A stretch of DNA of 64,000 nt, taken from assembly GCF_001194135.2 (NCBI RefSeq), contig NC_068990.1, positions 7,109,247-7,173,246 of the forward strand, in the 5' to 3' direction. Source of the DNA: Octopus bimaculoides. Taxonomy: Eukaryota. The position numbers and the translations under genes were made by a program. Below are positions 52,101-63,121 of the stretch, in pieces. Below the pieces are notes generated by a model that made no database searches, was not told the DNA's origin, and was given only the letters and a program-made list of their open reading frames with translations. Position 1 is the first letter of the stretch; each line of letters begins with the position of its first letter.

Positions 52101-55100
52101 CTTAGGTCTCCAGTTTTGGACAGCGGTAGCAAGTCTACCTCAGACCATTGTTCTGGTTTCACATTGTCATTTAGCAGTTTTAGAAGGAAATTGAAAGCGA
52201 GGTTGTTTCTAGCAACAGTGGAGTCTGTTCTTTTATATGGGATTGAAACATGGACGCCCACTAAAGCAATGAAGAAGCAGTTGGACGGTTGTTATGTGAG
52301 GATGCTTAGAATGGCACTCAATGTCTCCTGAAAGAATCATATAACAAATGCTGACTTATATTAGGGATTACCAAAAGTAACATTGAAGGTACAGCCTAGA
52401 AGGATGAGGCTAGATGGACACTGCACAAGACACACCAATGAAACTGCTAACAAGCTAGTGCTCTGGCAACCAATAGAAAGAGGAACCAGGTGAGGAAGGA
52501 GGAAGATGACCTATATCAACTACTTGTTGGCGGATACTGGTATGGAAGGGATGCAGGAACTGAGGAGCATTATGGAAGATCAAGATGAGTGGGGGAAACG
52601 TGTGGAAACAGTCTTGGGGTGTCCTGTGGGATGAACTAGATAGATAAATATATAGACAAGGCAATAAGAGAAAACAAGAACTATATAAATGCCAATGTAT
52701 TCTTTCCTCCTTCTTACTCATTATGCACTGTCTATATTCACACTCAGTTTAAATATGTATATACATGTAAGTTTCTCTGTTTCTTTATTTAACTACTATA
52801 ACAGTCTCTAGAAGTTCAAGGAATGCTATTGGAAATTCAACCTCAATTCAAGATGGAGTTGTCAGCTGGTGTTGAACAGTTTGCTGTGGACTATTCTCAA
52901 TTTCTTGATGATTATACGATGAAGTAAGGTTTTATGTTCTGTCAGTTATATTTTTACTTTCTTTACAAATATATATATATACACATGTGTGCACTTGCAC
53001 TCACACATATAGACACATGCACACACACAAACGCACACACACAAACACACACACACATGCATGCACACACACACATGCACATACACACACATGCATGCAC
53101 ACACACATGCACACACACACACATATGCATGCATGTGTGTGTGCGCACGCACACACGGTATGATAGCTGATTAAGTATGATGTACTTCTAACCACCATTT
53201 TATAAGTTTCAGAAATATTATCTAACATTTATATTATATTCAAAGATAAACTCTTATTGTTTAGCTCTGGAACTGGCAAACTGTTTTACAATCAGGTAAA
53301 ATAAATTACATTTTGCTATTCATTTTTTTCTCAAGTCAGTAGCAAGGGAAGTTCAAGGAATTAATTATAGTCTCCACTCACAACTGTATAGGATTTGCTA
53401 AAGTTCATGCAGATACAAATTATGTGTCAATCATTTTGGTTAAGTTATTGATATTAGTAAACACATATAAAATTGCCTGACCTAATACATATAAATAGAA
53501 ATTTTCTGATATCAGGATATGAAAATTAACAAGAAAAATAAATCTCATAAATATACGACAGGTTGTACAGTCACTACTGTGCATCTATGAAGCTATGTGG
53601 TTTATCAAAGTGATAGATTGCAGTCTTGTTTTTACATTTCTGATTTATTAGCAATAAAAAACCCCTACAGAGACTTATCAGCAAGAATGTGGAAAGTATT
53701 TACTGAAGATAGATGTTGTTCAATATTGGGCTGGTTATGTATGGTGGATCAATATATTTTGCATTAACAGACGTCACTTGTAAGTGATCATTTGAAGACA
53801 AATCATTCTTAATTGCTCCTGAATTAAAAGTCTATCACTAACAGCTAATGTATCCCTCCTATGCTGAATTTATTTCTTGTGTCTTTAGAAATAATCAGTT
53901 TTGCTTCTAGTTATTTTGTAACATGGTAAAAAGTATTCTTGTAGGTTAAATGATAAAGTTGTTGTTTTTGCTCTGGTAAGAATATAAACAGAGCCAGATC
54001 AAGATCCATAGAGGACCTAAGCATAAAATAAATTTTTAGTTTTCAAAATGAAACCAAACGAACAAGATGGAAAATAATGTTTATTTTTGTATACTTCATC
54101 TTTATTTACATTTGAAAAGTTTTCTCCTACTTTTTTGTTGTTCATTAGATCCTCACTATGACACCAGGAACACTTCAAAATTATATTTCCAATCATATAA
54201 ATCGCTTCAAATAATATTTTAGCAAGTTTGAAGTGATTTCTTTTGCACTGTAAACCATTTACCATTTCCGTGGTGCCCCACTTCCCTTGATGCTCTAAGC
54301 ATGTGTTTATTTTGCTTAATGCTTAATCCAGCACTGCATGTATATTAACATTCTAAGAAATATCATTATTCTTTTATTCATTTATGTCATTAGATTGTGA
54401 CAATGCTGGGGCACCACCTTGAAGAATTTTAGTCAAATGAATCGACTTCAGTACTTATTTTTTGTTAGCGAAGTACTTATTCTGTCAGTCTCATTTGTCA
54501 AACTGCTAAGCTACAGGGATGTAGACACAGACACACACACATACGGTGGGTTTCTTTCAGTTCTTGTCTACCAAATCCACTCACAAGGCTTTGGTCAGTC
54601 TAAGGCTATAGTAGAAGGCACTTGCCCAATGTGCCACACAATGGGACTGAACACAGAACCATGTGGTTGGGAAGTAAGCTTCTTATCATGCAGCCACTCC
54701 TGTGCCTATAGTTATACTTAGTTAAAACAACAGCCAATACAATTTTGTTTGAGTTAGTGAATATTTAATTGAAAAGTGTATATAATATAATTAAACCTTG
54801 TATTTCTTTCAACACACGTATCCACATCAAGAATCTTGCACACAAAATACACATACGAAATATGTATATAATATCTTATTAGTAGAAACAACTTGAAAGG
54901 GTGCAGGCTGAACAGCTTTCCCAGCAGAAAGCCAACACTAGATTATAGAAGGGCTTTAACCTGTTACTAGCACTTCTTCATATTTCTCTCCCTCATTTCG
55001 AAAAAGAAATGTTCTAGCAAACACATGATGTCCAGAAGCTGATTGAGGGCTGATGAAATTCAGCTGCTTATAAGAATTGTGGTAAGAGTTTATAGCAAAT

Positions 55101-58100
55101 TGAACGTTATAGTCTCCTCATCTCTTCAACCTGACCAATGCTAACTACTGTAAAAATGTCAAAGTACAAAATAATGCTAACTCTCTTGGATAATTCTTCC
55201 ACTTTTTTTTCAAATATTTGCAAACTCCTAACCCGGATTCTTCATATCACCTCTTGCAAATATACAAACACATTATGTTCCTCTTTGTGTGACAAATTTC
55301 TCCTTATCTATATTATTTATTGTCTATCTTTGCTATCCAGTACTTATAGTTAATTTGGACTAAAGTTTCTCTTCCAAAATACATCTTATGCCTCTATAAC
55401 TTTCCTAATGCCTGCAACCACCAACAATCTTTTACCCTTATCTTTTCCATCATCAAGGAAATGTCATCTCTGTCAGAAGACATCATCCTCAATGGCTTCA
55501 TTGTTCACAAGTTTTCTTGTCATTGACCCCTTTTAATGCTGCTAGTGCAGAAAATCTATTATCTTTAAATCTCTACAACATTTAAAATCTTTCCCTACTT
55601 GTATCCTTAATCAGTATATGGCCATGCCAATCCACTACTGCCACTTCTCATATTAGACTCTCTGACTACCACCTACTCATGACTACCACCTCCACCTCCA
55701 CATTCTATTCTACACTCTTACCCTGAAGTTTACTGCACTTTATATCAGTTGATTTCTCTGGGTTCTGTCAGCTCCTTATCTACTGACCCATCAGAGACAG
55801 CTAAGCAGATGACTGAAACCTTTATCTTAGCCGTATCCTTCCACAGACCCCAGGTGGCTTAACATAGTTGCTTTGCAGAAGTAAAGGCTAAGAACCATTG
55901 CACCTGAAACACAAATTTGCCTTCAAGCATTACACAGCCTTCAAGATCTCCCACCTTTCAAACTGCTGCTGAACCTTCTGACTCTTTGCTACAAAGATCT
56001 CATCCAGTACTTCTGACATTCATGATGGCTCATTAAGCCATGCTCCTGTGGAGAAAGCTCCCACAAATGCAACCTGCTTTGCATCCAACTTCATACTGTA
56101 TATACTAGGCAAATTTCCCAAACTCTCCCCACTCCATTAGGCTTTCTACCACGTATATACACACACACTAAGGGCAAAAACATCTCCAGTTTTTCAAACT
56201 GATCCCAAAATTTCTCATTACCCTTCATGTGATCCATTGCCAAAAGTGTCTCATTGCCCATCATGTGATCCATTGTTCTTTCTATGTATTTATGTATGGC
56301 GAAATTCTACATTGGTCCATATTCTCAAGAAAAGCAATTACTCTGACCCTATTTGACCTCACTAATTCTGGAGGATTGGCAAAAGCCAACAGTGCAGCCC
56401 CTCTCTGTAGATCGAACCATTAGATGAATGTTTCTTATTGGTTGGTATTTTATGAGAAAGTAATATTTGGTGGAAGGAAGCTTTAAGCTTATAAGTTTAC
56501 TATTTTGCCAGGTTCGTTGTTTATTTCTTGAATTTTTGATAATTATCATTATCATCATTTAATGTCCATATTCCATGTTGGCATAGGTTGGACTGCTAAA
56601 TTGGGTCAGGCATCCTGGTATGGGATCTTTCGAAATAAAGTTCTGTTTTGTAAAAGTTGACATCTGTTGTTGGTAATAATAATAAAAGTAATAATAATAA
56701 TAATAATAAAAGAAAACTTACTGTGTTTAGATTTTCATACTTTTGTATTTTTGTTAGTTAGTCATGGGAGGAAGTGGGTGCACATAGTTTTTGAAAGCCT
56801 TTCAGACTTTTGAATTTGATGTGGCTTATGTTTAGTTTGAATATGTGAAGGATAAGGTCAAAAAATTTTTATTTTGTGCATCAAGAAATATACATTTGAC
56901 AATTGCTTATTCCTTCATTTATTAATCTTTTAGCTGTATTTACTAAAGGCATAAGTTTTCAGCTTCTAATTTTCCTAAATTAGAAGGACCTAGATTATTA
57001 TTTTTACCTTCTCTAAAAGCTCTTCAAATTTTTGACAAAATTTTACTTCTCACTATATATTCAAGCACATAATTTTCTCAGTTAAAGGCATTCAATGAAA
57101 CAAAAAAAACAAAATCATTTTCCTTAATGTTTCAATGATTAAATTTATAACTTCAATTTAACACTATGCTAATGTCTATTTCTGGAGGGTTCGGGGACCA
57201 AAGTCAAAGAGTTTTTAGATCTTTTCTTTTTCCCTTTAAAAATCTAGCATTTCTTTAATGTAATCTGTCAACAAAATAACTTTAAAATAATAAATTATTG
57301 ACTTTAACTTGTATGAATAATTACAAGTTTGACATGGTGCTTCCTGAAACAAAATGTTTTTGCAACTGGATTCCTTTCTTACTGCTTCACCTCATGTATA
57401 AAATGGAAAACTTATTTTATTAATCAGGCAAACTGTAGAAACCACAGTTCCATTTATATTCTCTTGGGTACAACACAATAACTGTAGTAAATATATTTGC
57501 ATCACATGATCTTAATCTCACAAATATTTTATATCTTGTTTCCTAGTATATTTTTGTTGTCATTTAGATTGTAATATTATTTAATTTTAGAGGCCCAATG
57601 GAAGAAGGTATTGAGCCTAGAGAAGCATCTGATAGAATGAAGATTTTCCAGTGCATATTTGATGAATTGTGGGGTAAATACCTAACCTACTCTGGAGGCG
57701 AAGAACTCTTTGGCCTGCCAGTTACTGAATACCCTGATTTGATGAGAATAAAGAAAGAGCTAAATCTTTTACAAAAACTTTACCAGCTTTATAATGCAGT
57801 ATTAGCCTCTGTGAGTGGATATTATGATATACCCTGGACTGAAATTGATATTGATAAAATAAATGCAGAACTTCTTGAATTCCAAACTAGGTAAATACAT
57901 TTCGTTTTCCTCTTTTTGTTTTGTTTTTATTTTTCAATAAATTTAATGTCTGAAGTTGAAAGTCGATAAAAAACAGAAACTTTGTTTTGCTGTTTATATA
58001 AATGATTGTTCTACCATTAAAGCAACTAGACATTGGGATGGTTTTCCTAATTGGGAATTTGAGAAGAGGTTGAGAACCAAATTTGAATTCGATAGAATTG

Positions 58101-59600
58101 TCTTTTTAGAAATATTAAATAACTGCCACTGGCATGGCTGTATGGTAAAAAGTTTGTTTCCCAACCACATGATTCTAGGTTCAATCTGACAGCATGGTGC
58201 CTTGTGCAAGTGTTATCTACTATAGCCCCTGGTTGGCTAAATTTTTGCGAGTGAATTTGGTAAAGAAACCTTATCACCCAAGGAACTCTCCATGTCTCAG
58301 ACATAACTTCTTTGTGAAGGACTTTTCTAGATGGAACTATAAGAGAAATAGGAACTCCCCACATCTGAGACACATCCTACATAATGAAGACTTCGAACAG
58401 GACCAAAGAAGAAATAAGAACTTCTCCCACTTGAGACATATCTTCCACAGTCCACCCCACAACCGTCCAAACCACAAGATGTAACCCACAATAGATCAAG
58501 AGTTAATGGAATGACAATCAACAAGAGCACTAATTCCATACATCAAAAACCAAGGAACCATTTTTTAGGTGAACTGGGCCAAAGTTCACCCCAATACCAC
58601 AAAAACTGAACCTAAATGAAATACAAAATGATATTCAGAGATTCTGTAGAAAACTTCGATTCACTGAAGAATTATTTGATAAAGAAACTAATGATCACGC
58701 AGTACTTTGTACTAAAACTAGCTACTGTCTGACAAAAAGATGAAATCAAACTCTGGATAACTTTTGTGTTTTGGTATCCAATTATCCCTATTATTTACTT
58801 CCACCTTGAAAATTTAAAACAAATACAAGTCAAGAAGAATGGGAAATCATTAATGATCTCAAGGAGGACCATAATATGATTATAAAAGAAGTTGATAAAG
58901 GGAGTGCTACAGGGAGGTCAACCAGGCAGAATGCCAAGCTTGACCACCAGAAAGAATAAGATGTCAGCAGAATTATAACAAATCAAAAATCAGATCTGTT
59001 CATGGAAAAACTTATAAATACACTGATTCCAAAAGACTCCGTTACAAACGAAAGACCCTGCATGTGACGGAAAAAAGAACCCAAGTTAATAAACAGTAAC
59101 AAGACTCCTTTCCTTTACCTTCTTCTCCCTTTATTTTTTTCTCTTTTTAACTCAGTATGACCGAACATTTGGTGATCCACATTTTTTATATTCTTCACCG
59201 ATCATTTCTGATATTATTGAATTTTGTGAACATTTAATCATTTAAACATAATGATCCACACTTTTTATGTTCTTTGCCACAGTCTACACTATAGAACATT
59301 AAAGTATTTAGAGAAAGACAGTCATGGCCAGTTCACTGAGTTTCACATCCATAAAGTGCTTAGCATTACATATGTCTTGACAAATGCTCTGTTCAAAAGA
59401 AGAGAGATTGTTGGCCACTAGCTACTAGGGTCTCATGAGATGTATGTAAAGCTAAGTGCTTTATGGACGTGAAACCCTGGATAACCCAATGAACCAACCA
59501 TAACTGTCTTTCTCTAAATATATATATATTCATGTCAGCACAGAAAAAGAAAGATTAAATGGTGGTAATTATGATGCGTGTGTTTATATACAATATATAT

Positions 59601-59632
<32 letters not shown>

Positions 59633-62600
59633 ATGCTGTATCATTTATTTGCAATATTTCTTGGAAACAAGGGCCATGAGCTCCATGTCTGCTATGTATC
59701 AAACTCTGGATGATATTGATGTCAGGAAAAGCATCCAGCTGTTGAAAATCTAGCTCAGTAAATTTTATTTGGTCTATGCAAGCATACAAATGTGGATAAT
59801 AAAATAATGATAATGACGTATGTTACATCTGACTTTGGGGTGTGAGGTATGGTTAAAATAGTTTAACATATTTTCAATGGCAATTCTATTTTAGATATTT
59901 AGAGATATGAGAAATAGCTGTACTTGTATTTATGCTTTGCTTATAAAGTTCATGACTTTTGTGTGTAGGTGTCGGAAGTTGCCAAAGGCTTTGAAGCAGT
60001 GGAAGGCCTTTTTTGATTTAAGCAAGACAATTGATGATTTTAATGAGACTTGTCCTCTGCTTGAAATGATGGCAAACAAAGCCATGCAACCAAGGCATTG
60101 GGAAAGAATTGAGGTACTTACAAAGCACAAATTCGATGTAGAATCTGACACTTTCCTTTTGAAGAATTTGATGGAAGCACCATTATTAGAAAACAAGGAA
60201 GATATTGAGGTAATTTTTATGTCCTTTTCCGGCAGATGTAGAAAGAGTAATAATAATAATAATAATTATTATTATTACAATTTTTTTATTCATGTAATTT
60301 TTTATTTGTTCATTTATTTTGTTTATGCATTAAAAAACATAGCATGTGACAGTTTAGATACAGCACATTCATGCATGTGAAAAGTCACATGTATGTTCAC
60401 ATAGCATGTGGTTATCTAGTTTTCTTTTTAATCAAAAAGTGATTTGTGAGGAAGCAAAAGCAGTTATGAATTGGTTCTTTTTACCTATTCATCAATTGTT
60501 TCTTGATCATGATAAAATATATAGCAGGTGTACTGAAAAATGTAACCTGATAGGAAAATTTGGAATGTTTTGCTTAATTTGCATGTTAGATCTTAATTTA
60601 TCAGGAGCTAAGTTGCATATTTAATTTTGGCATTGTCAACATAAATTTTATCACCGTAGCAAATTAAAAGGTTTGTATAATAATTGTCTCACCTTACATG
60701 ACCATAAATATACATATTGGGTCATCCCATAAATAATTGCATGAACTAAAAGTTGGAGGGGGATGGGATAAACTACTTGCATCAACTTGCTATAAAATCA
60801 GGTAGTAATTTTACCTTGTCCTTATTCTTAGTGCAAGTTTTGAAGAGTGCAGTTCAATTTCAGCAGTTATTTTTTCAAATCTATAATGGAAATGGCAAAG
60901 TAGCTTATTCAGCATATTTTGCTTCAATAAAGGCAACAATGCAATAGAAAGTGTGAGGAATATTAATGCAGTGTATGGGGATTGGACAATAAGCGTAAGC
61001 TAGTGTTAACGGTGGTTCCAGAAATTCCGAGCTGGAAACTACAATGATGATGATGATGATGATATATATATATATATGTAATGTGTATGTGTGTGTGTGA
61101 GAGAGAGAGTGTGTGTGCGTATATATATATATATGTATATATATGTGTGTGTATGTGTAAGTATATGTGCAGGTATGAATAAATATTCTCACAAGAAAAT
61201 AGACCACATAGTTGTAAATGCAAAGTCCTTCCTCGGGGAAGAAGGATCAGCCCAATATAGGTTAGGGACTAGTGACTTCATATTTAGAGTTTGAAGGATT
61301 TAGAGACAAACAATATGAAAAACGAGGCCGTGGAATCTTAAAGATCCATTGAAAAGAGATTTAAAGAAGTTCTAATTAAAGCATTTGATAAGAAGTAACA
61401 TTACCTGGAAAAGGGGGTCTGAAATCACCAGTGTAGGCTATAGTGAAATGCTGGCCAACAAACTGAAACCAGCAATTCACCCCAAATGCTAAGGTTTATT
61501 GTCAAATATGCTCGCCCATAATGTTGAAACCATTGGAAAATTAGGCTTTGAGTTGCTGAGACACCCTGCATATAGTCCAGATCTGGCCCCTTCTGACTAT
61601 CATATTTCTAGACTGATCAAACATCCTTTTATGAGGTCATTGATTTGCTATGGATCAAGAAGCACAGGAAGTGGATCATGAGTGCTCGACGAGCCAAAAA
61701 CCCGCTTTTCTTATGAAATAAGCAAGCTTGTGAACAGATGGAAGAAGTGCATTGAAAAACAAAGCAACTGTTGAAAAATGATGTAATTGTTCAATAACTG
61801 CTTTTTTTTTAAAATGAATTACAGAAACAAGAGTGTGTATAATTTTTGACTTACCTCTTCTTTTTCATTGCCTTTATGTGTAAAGTTTTGCTATTTAGTG
61901 TTGAATACTATTTGGAACATTGTTCTTTGATTGTAGGATATATGTATATCTGCTGTGAAAGAAAAAGATATTGAAGCTAAGTTGAAACAAGTCATACAAG
62001 AATGGGCCACACAGGAATTGGCTTTCTCTACCTTTAAAAATCGTGGGGAGTTATTGTTAAAAGGTTTGTATCAAATAAGTTGACTATCAGTGTTGTTGTG
62101 CTGTAGAAATTCTTTCTGATAATCTGAGTCTCTGAACTGCCTTGAATGACCAGTTAACTTTAGTTGCATCAGCTATGAAATCTGGAAAAGCATTTATCTC
62201 ACAATGGCTCCTTTCCCATTTCTCTTCATGCTTCATGCTGTGGGCATTGACTTGGAAATCTATATACTTTACCAGGTTGCCCACAGAAGAAACTAATAGA
62301 ATACATCCGGCTGAGTAAAAAATAAGCAACGTTTTGAACCATGAAGAATTTGTACTGGATTTTTGCAGAGTTCTGATTTTTTAAAAACATTTTTCATGTT
62401 TCAAAACATTGCTTACATTTTACTCAACCTGATATATATATANNNNNNNNNNNNNNNNNNNNNNNNNNNNNNNNNNNNNNNNNNNNNNNNNNNNNNNNNN
62501 NNNNNNNNNNNNNNNNNNNNNNNNNNNNNNNNNNNNNNNNNNNNNNNNNNNNNNNNNNNNNNNNNNNNNNNNNNNNNNNNNNNNNNNNNNNNNNNNNNNN

Positions 62601-63071
62601 NNNNNNNNNNNNNNNNNNNNNNNNNNNNNNNNNNNNNNNNNNNNNNNNNNNNNNNNNNNNNNNNNNNNNNNNNNNNNNNNNNNNNNNNNNNNNNNNNNNN
62701 NNNNNNNNNNNNNNNNNNNNNNNNNNNNNNNNNNNNNNNNNNNNNNNNNNNNNNNNNNNNNNNNNNNNNNNNNNNNNNNNNNNNNNNNNNNNNNNNNNNN
62801 NNNNNNNNNNNNNNNNNNNNNNNNNNNNNNNNNNNNNNNNNNNNNNNNNNNNNNNNNNNNNNNNNNNNNNNNNNNNNNNNNNNNNNNNNNNNNNNNNNNN
62901 NNNNNNNNNNNNNNNNNNNNNNNNNNNNNNNNNNNNNNNNNNNNNNNNNNNNNNNNNNNNNNNNNNNNNNNNNNNNNNNNNNNNNNNNNNNNNNNNNNNN
63001 NNNNNNNNNNNNNNNNNNNNNNNNNNNNNNNNNNNNNACCACACAGCCACTCCTACGCCTATGTATATATG

Positions 63072-63121
<50 letters not shown>

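Noticed and set aside
55043-55080. CTGATGA-AATTC...GAATT hairpin
   Set aside because: Followed by GTGG rather than GAAA; no stems I or III.
55000-56050. Pyrimidine-rich stretch suggestive of a decayed LINE endonuclease region
   Set aside because: No intact diagnostic motif could be read in any frame.
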